From positions 1 to 32,000 of the forward strand of contig CALVNP010000035.1 in assembly GCA_944349805.1 (NCBI GenBank): 32,000 bases of DNA, in the 5' to 3' direction. Below, piece after piece: positions 1 to 8,174 of this stretch. The notes beneath the pieces were generated by a model. That model saw nothing but the letters and a program-made list of their open reading frames with translations. It had not been told where the DNA came from and did no database searches. Each line of letters begins with the position of its first letter. Positions within the stretch are counted from its first letter, which is position 1. Source of the stretch: an uncultured Clostridia bacterium (lineage in GTDB: Bacteria; Bacillota; Clostridia; Christensenellales; UBA1242). The position numbers and the translations under genes were made by a program.

Positions 1-114
1 GTAAAAGATTATTGTGATATAGTAAACATTCTTTCTTGTTTAAAAAATATGGGATATGATGACAAATCTTTAAAAAAGATTATGTACGAAAATTTCAAAA
101 GATTTATTAATTAA
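1..114 (+). CDS. 3' end of a gene entering from the left (partial); possibly a metal-dependent TIM-barrel hydrolase
   Basis: Frame 1 is open from the window edge to TAA at 112-114 (VKDYCDIVNILSCLKNMGYDDKSLKKIMYENFKRFIN*). The GYxxxxxKKIxxxNFxRF ending resembles C-termini of amidohydrolase/M19-dipeptidase-type enzymes. 37 aa is too little for a firm call. Confidence 0.3.
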   Translation, partial: VKDYCDIVNILSCLKNMGYDDKSLKKIMYENFKRFIN

Positions 115-167
115 AATTTTTGAATAAAATCTTTTAATATACATAACATTTAAGTAGGGAGGTAAAA

Positions 168-386
168 ATGATAATTGCAAACATAATCAGTTTCATAATT
201 TTAGCAATAGGTGGATTAAATTGGGGATTGGTTGGAATTTTCAATTTTAATCTTGTTGATTGGATTTTTGGTGGATACAATGCAGGTTCAATCATAGTTT
301 ATGTTTTAGTACTTTTAGCAACAATATGGTTAATCATTTCAGCATTTATGCGTAAAAGTATAATAATGAATTCTGGTAGAGAATAA
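168..386 (+). CDS. DUF378-family small membrane protein
   Basis: 72 aa with two hydrophobic helices and the GGLNWGLVG motif typical of DUF378. GGGAGG RBS lies 7 nt upstream of the ATG at 168. Confidence 0.8.
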   Translation: MIIANIISFIILAIGGLNWGLVGIFNFNLVDWIFGGYNAGSIIVYVLVLLATIWLIISAFMRKSIIMNSGRE

Positions 387-392
387 TAAAAT

Positions 393-416
393 CTCCTATT
401 TAATAGGAGTTTTTAT
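393..416. terminator. Bidirectional rho-independent terminator between the DUF378 gene and valS
   Basis: CTCCTATT (393-400) and AATAGGAG (402-409) are perfect inverted repeats. They are flanked by an A-run upstream and a T-run (410-414) downstream, between two convergent stop codons. Confidence 0.6.
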
Positions 417-2809
417 TATTTTTCAACCTTAATCCCAACAAATTTATCACCATCTCTGTAAATAATTTCTTTTACATTTCCAACTGCTTTAATATCATAT
501 TCAACTCTTTTTATAAAATCTGAATACCCTTGAACAGTAAGCTCGCTAACTTCTTCTTTTAAAGATAGGTTGTTTTCTGATTTATATCTTCTAATTTGAG
601 AAACAATTTCACAAACTTCATCACCCGAAACGGCAATGTTTTGAGGTGTTTTTATTTCTATTGGAGAAAGTTTACATTGATGTATTGAAATTTCTTTATC
701 AAATTTTTTGAAATAGGATTGGTAAATTTCTTCTGTTATATGTGGAAGATAAATAGCAAACATTTTGAGCATTTCTTTCAATGTTACAAAACAAGCAAAT
801 TGAGCGCTTTGTTTTGCCTTTTCTCCATATATTTCAGGTTTGTAAAGTCTATTTTTTGTAATTTCAATGTAGTTATCGCAGAAGTTCCAGAAAAATCGTT
901 CAAGTTCTGACATAGCAAGCCCTATTTCGTATTTCTCAAAATATGCAATAAAGTGTTTTTGCATATCATTAAATTTTGCAATAATCCATTCGTCCATTGG
1001 AAGAAGTTGTGTGTGAGTTGGTTCGTAATTTTCTAAGAAGGAAAGTACGAATTTAGACGCATTCCAAATTTTGTTTACAAGTTTTGCACCATTTTTAAAT
1101 TCTTCTTCGGAGAAAATTATATCTCTTCCTAAGCTACCTGTACTTGTCCAATATCTTGTAACATCAGCAGACTTTTCATCAATAAGTGTTTCAGGACTCA
1201 TCTTTGAATTGGACTTGCTCTTAGAAATTTTTTCATTTTTGTCTGCCATTACAAAACCGGAAATCATAACATTTTTCCAAGGCAAACAATTTGAATGATA
1301 GTGAGATTTTGCAATTGTATAGAAATCCCAAGTTCTTATAATATCGTGAGCATTTGGGCGAAGACTCATTGGCATAAGCTTTTTATACATTTCATCATCT
1401 TCTCCCCACATTGCGTTAATTTGTGGTGTTATTGAAGATGTTTGCCAAGTGTCAAACACATCGGATTCAGGAATAAATTCTGTGCAACCACATTCACAAG
1501 CTTTTTTTGGTGTTGAAACAAGTGGATTAACAGGGAGTTCATCTTCTTCAGGAGTTATAATTTTTCCACATTTTTTGCAATACCACACAGGAATTGGAAC
1601 TCCAAAATATCTCTGACGAGAAACACACCAATCTCTGTCCACATTGTCAACCCAATTTGAGTACCTTCCATACATAAAAGATGGGTACCAATTAATTTTT
1701 TCGCCATTTTCAAGAAAAGATTTTTTGTCATCAACCAAACTTATAAACCATTGTTTTTTGATTTTAATTTCCATTGGTGTTCCACATCTTTCGTGTGTTG
1801 CAACAGCGTGCACTATTTCTTCTTGTTTGATTAATAGGTCGTTTTCTTTTAGGTCGGCAATAATATCTTCCCTTGCTTTTTTGGTTTTTAAACCTTCATA
1901 TTTTCCAGCAAGAGCTGTCATTCTTCCACCGTCTGTGATTGCTTCTTTTATTGGGAGATTGTACTTTTGTTGCCATAAAAGGTCTGTTTCATCACCAAAA
2001 GTACAGCACATAACTGCCCCTGTTCCCTTGTCTATGTCAGCTTTTTCATCAGTTAAAACAGGAACATAAAAATTATAAAGTGGAACTTTTACATTTTTTC
2101 CAACCAGGGGAGCATATCTTTTATCTTCAGGATTTACAAAAACACATACGCAGGCACACAATAGTTCAGGTCTTGTCGTTGCAATTTCTAAGTACTCATC
2201 AGAGTGTTCTATAAAAAACTTTATGTGGTTAAATGTTGAAGCAATATCCTTGCTTTCAAGCTCTGCTTGTGCAATTGATACTTGACATTCTGGACACCAT
2301 ATCGCAGGTTTTTCTCCGTAATAAGCTTTGCCCTTTTTGTATAGGTCTAAAAAGCTTTTTTGTGAGAGTTTTTGAACCCTTGGACTTATTGTGTTGTAAA
2401 CTCTGTCCCAATCAGAACTTATACCATCTCTAATAAAAAGTTGTTTAAATTCTTGTTCGTATTTTTCCACTGTTTGCATACATTTTTCACGAAATTCTTC
2501 TCTACTCATTTCGTGTGCGCGAATGCCAAACTCTTTTTCCACCAATCGTTCAGTTGGAAGACCATTGTCGTCAAAACCAAATGGGTAAAGGACATTGTAA
2601 CCCATCATTCTTTTATATCTTGCAATAAAGTCTGCCTGTGTGTAAGAAAAAATGTGCCCTATATGAATTTTACCACTTACAGTTGGAGGTGGTGTGTCTA
2701 TTGAAAAGATTTCTTTCTTAGAATTTTTATCAAAACTATAAATTTTGTTATCTTGCCAAAACTTTTCCCATTTTGGTTCACTTTCTTTAAAATTGTACTT
2801 GTCTAACAT
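416..2809 (-). CDS. valS: Valine--tRNA ligase (class I aaRS)
   Basis: 797 aa. N-terminus IDTPPPTVSGKIHIGHIFSYTQADFIARYKRMMGYNVLYPFGFDDNGLPTE carries the HIGH motif in ValRS context. A KMSKS-type loop (KISKSKSN) and Cys-rich CP1/Zn segments are present. AAGGAA RBS precedes the ATG at 2809. Confidence 0.92.
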   Translation of the reverse strand: MLDKYNFKESEPKWEKFWQDNKIYSFDKNSKKEIFSIDTPPPTVSGKIHIGHIFSYTQADFIARYKRMMGYNVLYPFGFDDNGLPTERLVEKEFGIRAHEMSREEFREKCMQTVEKYEQEFKQLFIRDGISSDWDRVYNTISPRVQKLSQKSFLDLYKKGKAYYGEKPAIWCPECQVSIAQAELESKDIASTFNHIKFFIEHSDEYLEIATTRPELLCACVCVFVNPEDKRYAPLVGKNVKVPLYNFYVPVLTDEKADIDKGTGAVMCCTFGDETDLLWQQKYNLPIKEAITDGGRMTALAGKYEGLKTKKAREDIIADLKENDLLIKQEEIVHAVATHERCGTPMEIKIKKQWFISLVDDKKSFLENGEKINWYPSFMYGRYSNWVDNVDRDWCVSRQRYFGVPIPVWYCKKCGKIITPEEDELPVNPLVSTPKKACECGCTEFIPESDVFDTWQTSSITPQINAMWGEDDEMYKKLMPMSLRPNAHDIIRTWDFYTIAKSHYHSNCLPWKNVMISGFVMADKNEKISKSKSNSKMSPETLIDEKSADVTRYWTSTGSLGRDIIFSEEEFKNGAKLVNKIWNASKFVLSFLENYEPTHTQLLPMDEWIIAKFNDMQKHFIAYFEKYEIGLAMSELERFFWNFCDNYIEITKNRLYKPEIYGEKAKQSAQFACFVTLKEMLKMFAIYLPHITEEIYQSYFKKFDKEISIHQCKLSPIEIKTPQNIAVSGDEVCEIVSQIRRYKSENNLSLKEEVSELTVQGYSDFIKRVEYDIKAVGNVKEIIYRDGDKFVGIKVEK

Positions 2810-2819
2810 ATTAATTCCT

Positions 2820-2845
2820 TTTATTTACTCAATTTATTTACTCAA
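2820..2845. repeat. Perfect 13-bp tandem direct repeat x2 (TTTATTTACTCAA) in the valS 5' leader
   Basis: Copies at 2820-2832 and 2833-2845 are identical. On the valS strand they read TTGAGTAAATAAA twice, between the predicted -10 and the RBS. Confidence 0.85.
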
Positions 2846-2847
2846 AT

Positions 2848-2876
2848 AGTTTATTTCTTTTGACATTTTTTGTCAA
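2848..2876 (-). promoter_or_regulatory. Candidate sigma-A promoter of valS
   Basis: Minus strand reads TTGACA (2876-2871), a 17-nt spacer, then TAAACT (2853-2848). This gives a leader of about 35-40 nt before the ATG at 2809. Confidence 0.45.
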
Positions 2877-2922
2877 TCTAATTTTTGTGTATAATATTTT
2901 TTTTCAAACAAATAATATTTGT

Positions 2923-4431
2923 ATGAAGAAAGGAAAAAAGTTTTTTTTAGTAACACTTAGTTTAGGGTTAGTTGTCCTAGCCGTTTTTGCATTTACCCAA
3001 TTTACATATGGACTTAGTTTGTTTGATAATAAGAAGTTTTATAAAGGAACAAAAGTAAACGGAATTGATGTTTCAGGAATGACTGTTGAAGAAGTGAGCA
3101 ATCTTGTTGGAACTCAACTTGTGGATACAAGAAGCGAAGTAAAATTGACATTAAACTATAATGACAAATCTTGGGTTTGGACGGGGGAAGATTTTGCTCC
3201 AACTTATGATGTTTTTCCAGCAATTAAGGAAGTTTTTTCCTATGGTAGAGATGGTAACATATTTGAAAGAAGGAATAAGATTAAGGAAATAAAAACAAAA
3301 GGTTACAATGTTCAAATTCCATACACCTATGTTTTAAGTGGTCTTGATGAAAAGTTACAGACTGTTGCAGACGATATAAACATAGAGCCACAAAATGCTA
3401 GTGTAAATTTTGACCCATCAACCGAACAAACTTTTATTTATACGAAGGAACAAATAGGAAAGACGGTTGACCTTGAAAGATTAAAAGAAGATATAGATGT
3501 TGCATTTCAAACAAGTAAACAAGTTGTTGTTGATGTTCCTGTTATAGAAAGCGAGCCAGATGTTTTGCTTGAAGATTTAAAAAGAGATATAACCCTTCGT
3601 TCAACTTTTGAAACATCTATAAAAACTTCAAAAGTTGATAGGAAACACAATGTAAAAAGGGCGCTTAATTCTTTTAATGGAATGATAATTCAACCAGATG
3701 AAGAAATTTCTTTTAACAATATAACAGGGGCAAGAAGTGCTGAAAATGGGTACAAAAAGGCAAATGTAATTTTAAATGGAATTTATGTAGAGGGAACAGG
3801 TGGGGGAGTATGTCAAGCTTCGACAACACTTTATAACGCATTAATTTTGTCAGATTTAGAAATTATTGAAGTAAATCCACACTCCTTGCCACCAAGCTAT
3901 GTTCCACTTGCTTTTGATGCAATGATAAGCGATGGTTATTCTGATTTAGTGTTTAAAAATAATACGGATAGACCAATTTATATAAAAACATATGGTGATG
4001 AAAACAAGGTGGGAGTTGAAATTTATGGAAAACCTTTTGAAGATGGAATAGAAGTAAAAACAAGGGCAGAATTTATAGAAGTTTTAAAGCACCCTGGTGA
4101 TGTAATAATTAAGGATACGGAAGGTCAATATTCAGATAAGGTGACATACGAAGGAGAATATTTAAGAGTCAAATATCCACAAGAAGGGTACCATTCAAAA
4201 GCATATTTGCAGTACTATAAGGATGGAGAGCTTATTGAAGAAAAGTTGATTAGAGATGAAAAGTACTTGCCACAACAAGGAATAATAGTGGAAGGAACGG
4301 AAAAGCTTGGGGAAGGAATGACCCTGCCTGAAAATGATGTGAAATTCATTCCACCACAAACGGTGGGGACATCAAGTGCTAATGTTGAAAAGAAGATAGA
4401 AAATCAAAATCCATCGAATTTAAATCCGTAA
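2923..4431 (+). CDS. VanW-family protein with N-terminal membrane anchor
   Basis: GTGGGVCQASTTLYNA and the following HSLPPSYVPLAFDAMIS segment are the VanW-domain signature. The start is moved to the ATG at 2923 (MKKGKKFFLVTLSLGLVVLAVFAF, a basic N-terminus plus TM helix). The 2860 TTG extension has no RBS and looks non-native. Confidence 0.85.
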   Translation: MKKGKKFFLVTLSLGLVVLAVFAFTQFTYGLSLFDNKKFYKGTKVNGIDVSGMTVEEVSNLVGTQLVDTRSEVKLTLNYNDKSWVWTGEDFAPTYDVFPAIKEVFSYGRDGNIFERRNKIKEIKTKGYNVQIPYTYVLSGLDEKLQTVADDINIEPQNASVNFDPSTEQTFIYTKEQIGKTVDLERLKEDIDVAFQTSKQVVVDVPVIESEPDVLLEDLKRDITLRSTFETSIKTSKVDRKHNVKRALNSFNGMIIQPDEEISFNNITGARSAENGYKKANVILNGIYVEGTGGGVCQASTTLYNALILSDLEIIEVNPHSLPPSYVPLAFDAMISDGYSDLVFKNNTDRPIYIKTYGDENKVGVEIYGKPFEDGIEVKTRAEFIEVLKHPGDVIIKDTEGQYSDKVTYEGEYLRVKYPQEGYHSKAYLQYYKDGELIEEKLIRDEKYLPQQGIIVEGTEKLGEGMTLPENDVKFIPPQTVGTSSANVEKKIENQNPSNLNP

Positions 4432-4506
4432 AACACATAAAATGTGATTAAGGGAAATAGGTAAGTGTAAAAAATAATAACCAACAAACCGTAGTAAAAA
4501 TCACCA

Positions 4507-4557
4507 CAAAAAACACCAACTTTTTAAAGCAATAATGCATTTAGTTGGTGTTTTTTT
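4507..4557. terminator. Bidirectional terminator between the VanW gene and the MetRS-like gene
   Basis: The 9-bp stem ACACCAACT (4513-4521) / AGTTGGTGT (4543-4551) is extendable by A/T pairs. It has an A-run on the left and T7 (4551-4557) on the right. The loop is large, about 21 nt. Confidence 0.55.
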
Positions 4558-4584
4558 ATATTAAAATTAGATTGTAAAACTTTA

Positions 4585-6558
4585 CTATACAAGTTGTGAA
4601 GGGTGTTTTTTGAAGAAATCCACTCTTGGTAAAAGCTCCTTTATTTTATGGTTGCTTTCGTTATCATAGAAGAATGGAAGCTCTTTAAAACAATATTCCC
4701 AATTAAAGAATTTTTCTTTGTCCACATTTAAGTAATCTGCAATCATCTCTGTACCATTGGGCATTATTGGGTGAGAAAGAAGTGTTGCAACTTTAATCAT
4801 ATATAATGCGTCAACAATTCCTTGATTTGCCTTTTCTGTGTTCCATTCATATTCTTTTGACAGTTTGACAAAAAGTTTGTTTATGTTTCTTATATAACCA
4901 TCAAGTTTATTTAAAACAACGTGAAATTTTTCATCATAAACAAGTCTTTCACAGTCTAAAATTAAGTTTTCTCCTTCTTCCTTAACATCGTTGCTGACAA
5001 TACCTTCTGGAATTTCCCAATTATAGTTTTCACCAAGTACATAAAAAATGCTTCTCACTGCACGATTTAACACATTGGTAAACAAGTTTCCTTCCTTTAA
5101 CACAGGGTCGAGTTCATCTTCTTTTGCGTTTGGGTTGAGTGGTTTTGGACTGAAAGGTACATTGTTGTTGCCCACATTGGCGCCAAGCATATGTGCTCTA
5201 ATTTGGTCAGAAGTATAGTAGTTTAAAAGGTCGTTTGCCATTGGGGGTGGTGTTTCTGAACTTGATGATGCTTTTCTTCCTAAAAACAATGTGTGTTTAT
5301 TTGCAATAATTTGAGTAAATTTTAAGTTTCCATCTTTTATGTTAACACTAGGATTTTTGCCTTGAAGAGCAAACCAAATTCCACTTTGTGCTGGTCCATA
5401 AAAGTAAATATTATCTTCTCCTATAAATTGAAAAACTTTTCCATCATCACTGCACCACCATTTTTTCCACTCTTCGCCGTTGTCATTAAGACAAGCTTTT
5501 GTAAAGCTTATTGGTGCCCATAAACTTTCTGGCCAAACCCAAAATGTTAAATCCTTTATCTTTGCAGATTCTGGAACTTTAACGCCCCATTCTATATTAC
5601 CTGTAAGTCTGAAAGGAACGAGTGTTTTTCCTGTTCTATACCTTATTCCTTCCCGAGATAAAATATCGCAAGCATTTTCTCTATTTGTGAGTTTTTCAAA
5701 AATTATTGTAAAGGAAGACTTGTTTTTTTCTTCCACAAGTTCATACTTAGGTAAGTCCTTTATTTGTAAAAATTTTTCTTTATATTCATTTTTTATATAT
5801 ATTTCAGGTTTCTTTAAAAACTCCTTTATCTCTTTTGTGATATAGCTTCTTGTTGGAGTTTTTGTTTCCAAATATTCAATCCATTCTTTTAAAAGGTCTG
5901 TGTATGAACCCAAATCCAAATAATAGTTTTCAATTTCTTTTAAAACGGGAGTTTTACCAGAAAGTGAACTTATAGGGTCTATAAGTTCTTCTGGCATATA
6001 TTGATGACCTAAGTCACATTCATCTGCGTAGGCGTGTTCGCTAGAACAGTTTTCAAAAGGACATTTGCCCATAACCTGTCTACCATTTAAAAATGTCTGC
6101 TTGTCTTCATCATAAAATTGTAATGTTGACAAAACTTCAAGCTTTCCACTTTGCAAAAGTTTATTAAAAACATCGGCGCTTGTTTTTTCGTGATATTCTT
6201 TTGCTTTTCCAAATGCAGAAGCTCCAAAAAAGTCTAGGGAAATATCAAAGCTTTCAAGCACTTGCTTTTGATTTTCGTGATTTCTTTTTACATAATCTAC
6301 TATACTTCCAGAAAACTTATTTGCTTCTACAAGCTTTCTATATCCTTCAAGAATGGGAGAGCCATAGCAGTCTGTTCCACAAACATAAAGTACATTTTGC
6401 TTTCCAATTCTATCTCTTAAAAATCTAGCAAAAAAATCGCTGTGAATAAATGTACTTATGTGTCCACAGTGTAAATTTTTGTTCCCGTAAGGCATTCCAG
6501 ATGTGACAACTGCGCGTTTAGGAAAAATCGGTCTGTTTTTTAATTTGTACTCGTTCAT
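4585..6558 (-). CDS. metG: Methionine--tRNA ligase-like class I aaRS with an atypical KMSKS region
   Basis: VVTSGMPYGNKNLHCGHISTFIHSDFFARFLRDRIGKQNVLYVCGTDCYGSPI matches the MetRS N-terminus (HIGH motif reads HCGH). GKCPFENCSSEHAYADECDLGHQYMPEELIDPISSLSGKTPV matches the MetRS Zn-knuckle/CP region. The start is set at the ATG at 6558, with GGAG 5 nt upstream. The 6579 TTG extension is not needed. Confidence 0.75.
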   Translation of the reverse strand: MNEYKLKNRPIFPKRAVVTSGMPYGNKNLHCGHISTFIHSDFFARFLRDRIGKQNVLYVCGTDCYGSPILEGYRKLVEANKFSGSIVDYVKRNHENQKQVLESFDISLDFFGASAFGKAKEYHEKTSADVFNKLLQSGKLEVLSTLQFYDEDKQTFLNGRQVMGKCPFENCSSEHAYADECDLGHQYMPEELIDPISSLSGKTPVLKEIENYYLDLGSYTDLLKEWIEYLETKTPTRSYITKEIKEFLKKPEIYIKNEYKEKFLQIKDLPKYELVEEKNKSSFTIIFEKLTNRENACDILSREGIRYRTGKTLVPFRLTGNIEWGVKVPESAKIKDLTFWVWPESLWAPISFTKACLNDNGEEWKKWWCSDDGKVFQFIGEDNIYFYGPAQSGIWFALQGKNPSVNIKDGNLKFTQIIANKHTLFLGRKASSSSETPPPMANDLLNYYTSDQIRAHMLGANVGNNNVPFSPKPLNPNAKEDELDPVLKEGNLFTNVLNRAVRSIFYVLGENYNWEIPEGIVSNDVKEEGENLILDCERLVYDEKFHVVLNKLDGYIRNINKLFVKLSKEYEWNTEKANQGIVDALYMIKVATLLSHPIMPNGTEMIADYLNVDKEKFFNWEYCFKELPFFYDNESNHKIKELLPRVDFFKKHPSQLV

Positions 6559-6584
6559 ATAATCTCCATTAAATTTCAAAAGAA

Positions 6585-6613
6585 ATTATATTATTACAAG
6601 CATTATAAGTCAA
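6585..6613 (-). promoter_or_regulatory. Near-consensus sigma-A promoter of the MetRS-like gene
   Basis: Minus strand reads TTGACT (6613-6608), a 17-nt spacer, then TATAAT (6590-6585). The ATG at 6558 lies 26 nt downstream of the -10, so the leader is short. Confidence 0.65.
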
Positions 6614-6661
6614 GCATATTGCAAAAGGTCAAATATTTAAAAGAGTTTTTTACAAAATTTA

Positions 6662-6774
6662 TTGTGGAAATGTGGATAACTATCAAATTTTTGTAAAAAA
6701 CACCTGTTTTTGTATGATTATTCATCAAATTTATAAAAATAAAAGGTGATAACTTTGTGGAAATGTGGATAACT
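6662..6774. repeat. 20-bp perfect direct repeat, two copies 93 bp apart (TTGTGGAAATGTGGATAACT)
   Basis: Copy 1 is at 6662-6681 and copy 2 at 6755-6774. Each contains a weak plus a perfect DnaA box in tandem. Confidence 0.9.
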
Positions 6775-6873
6775 TAGCTATTTTTGTCCACAAAAACATT
6801 ATCTTTCCTTTTTATAATATGCAATGCAAAAGAAAAATTGAACATTTGTTTTTGTTGACAAAGTTGTGGATAA
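6662..6873. promoter_or_regulatory. DnaA-box cluster
   Basis: Three perfect TGTGGATAA sites (the complement of TTATCCACA) lie at 6671-6679, 6764-6772 and 6865-6873. One TTGTCCACA (1 mismatch, opposite orientation) lies at 6784-6792. Weaker abutting boxes TGTGGAAAT lie at 6663-6671 and 6756-6764. All are within about 210 bp of one intergenic region. Confidence 0.7.
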
Positions 6874-6884
6874 AGGGGTAAAAT
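6855..6884 (+). promoter_or_regulatory. Candidate sigma-A promoter of the hisS operon, with a DnaA box in the spacer
   Basis: TTGACA (6855-6860), an 18-nt spacer, then TAAAAT (6879-6884). The spacer contains TGTGGATAA at 6865-6873. AAAGGAGA RBS at 6893-6900 precedes the ATG at 6906. Confidence 0.55.
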
Positions 6885-6905
6885 ATCGAAACAAAGGAGA
6901 ATTTT

Positions 6906-8174
6906 ATGCAAAAGGTTAATCCAAGAACACTTTCTGGATTTTTAGAATTACTGCCAAGCGAACAGATTATTTTTAATACAATGAAGGAAAAAGTTGAAAA
7001 AGTTTTAAGGAACAATGGTCTTTGTTGCGTTGATACACCTGTTTTAGAACTATCTGAAATATTGCTTGCCAAAGCTGGTGGAGAAACTGAAAAACAAATT
7101 TTTAGATTCAATAAAGGCGATACAGATATGACAATGAGATTTGACTTAACTGTTCCACTTGCAAAATATGTTAGTTTGTACAAAAATTCATTGACATTTC
7201 CTTTTAGAAGGTATGCAATAGGAAAAGTGTTTCGAGGTGAAAGACCACAAAAGGGAAGGTTAAGAGAGTTCTATCAATGTGATGCTGATATCATTGGAGA
7301 TGGAGATTTACCCCTTCAAGCTGACGCAGATGTCATTTCAATTTTAAGTCAGATATACAAGGAGCTGGAAGTTGATGCTAAAATTTTAGTTTCAAATAGA
7401 AAAATTTTAATTGGGGTCTTGTCTGAGTTTAATTTGGAAGACAAGCAAAATGAAATTTTAGGTATATTAGACAAATTTGAAAAGATTGGAAAACAAAATT
7501 GTTATGATGAAGTTAAAAACATTGCAGGGGAATTTACAGATAGTATTTTTGAAGTTTTTGAAAAGAAAACAATTGAGGAATTAAAAGATAGTCAAATTAA
7601 AAACCAGATTTATCTTGATGGCGTAAATGAGTTAGAAATGTTGTTTAATCTTTTAAATGCAATGCAGGTTGAAAATGTTATATTAGACTTAAAAATTATT
7701 CGTGGACTTGATTATTACACGGGAACGGTTTTTGAAGGAAGATTAAAGGAGTTTCCATCAATAAGCATCGGTGGTGGTGGAAGATATGAAAATTTGACGC
7801 AATATTTTTCAAATTCTTCTATGCCAGGTGTTGGATTTGGAATGGGGCTTACCAGACTTTTTGTTCTATTAAAAGAACTTGGTAAGCTTTCTTTTGATAA
7901 ACAGACATATTCAAAGGTTGCAATCATACCACTTGGTGAAACAGAAAATTTCTGTTTTAAACTTGCATCTGATTTAAGGGAGAAAAACATATCTTGTCAG
8001 GTGTTGTATTCAAAAAGCTTCAAATCTAGAATGAATATGGCAAATAAATTGGGTGTTCCGTATATTATTGTTGTTGGAGAAGATGAAGTTAAAACAGGAG
8101 TTTTTGGTGTTAAAAATATGCTCACAGGAGAAACTAAAAAAGTCAGCTTGCAGGAGATAGTAAAAAATTTATGA
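6906..8174 (+). CDS. hisS: Histidine--tRNA ligase (class II aaRS)
   Basis: 422 aa. Motifs seen: RFDLTVPLAKYV, FRGERPQKGRLREFYQCDADIIG, GGGGRYENL and a C-terminal anticodon-binding domain (VAIIPLGE...PYIIVVGEDE). Confidence 0.92.
   Translation: MQKVNPRTLSGFLELLPSEQIIFNTMKEKVEKVLRNNGLCCVDTPVLELSEILLAKAGGETEKQIFRFNKGDTDMTMRFDLTVPLAKYVSLYKNSLTFPFRRYAIGKVFRGERPQKGRLREFYQCDADIIGDGDLPLQADADVISILSQIYKELEVDAKILVSNRKILIGVLSEFNLEDKQNEILGILDKFEKIGKQNCYDEVKNIAGEFTDSIFEVFEKKTIEELKDSQIKNQIYLDGVNELEMLFNLLNAMQVENVILDLKIIRGLDYYTGTVFEGRLKEFPSISIGGGGRYENLTQYFSNSSMPGVGFGMGLTRLFVLLKELGKLSFDKQTYSKVAIIPLGETENFCFKLASDLREKNISCQVLYSKSFKSRMNMANKLGVPYIIVVGEDEVKTGVFGVKNMLTGETKKVSLQEIVKNL

Noticed and set aside
1644-2069. 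141-aa plus-strand ORF, and the smaller ORFs 719..910, 1071..1298, 2233..2433 and 2372..2704, inside valS
   Set aside because: These are antisense to the clearly conserved ValRS frame, and they have no RBS and no motif.
2860-2922. TTG-initiated N-terminal extension of the VanW ORF (MTFFVNLIFVYNIFFQTNNIC)
   Set aside because: The extension would start inside the promoter-like TTGACA and has no RBS. The ATG at 2923 gives a normal basic N-terminus plus TM helix.
6559-6905. Possible T-box riboswitch or other leader RNA in the 347-bp synthetase intergenic region
   Set aside because: No T-box sequence or specifier/terminator architecture is visible on either strand. Both promoters lie close to their start codons, and DnaA boxes fill the space.
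6812-7183. 123-aa minus-strand ORF spanning the hisS promoter and start
   Set aside because: It overlaps the hisS promoter, RBS and conserved N-terminus on the opposite strand. Its hydrophobic, low-complexity translation has no RBS.
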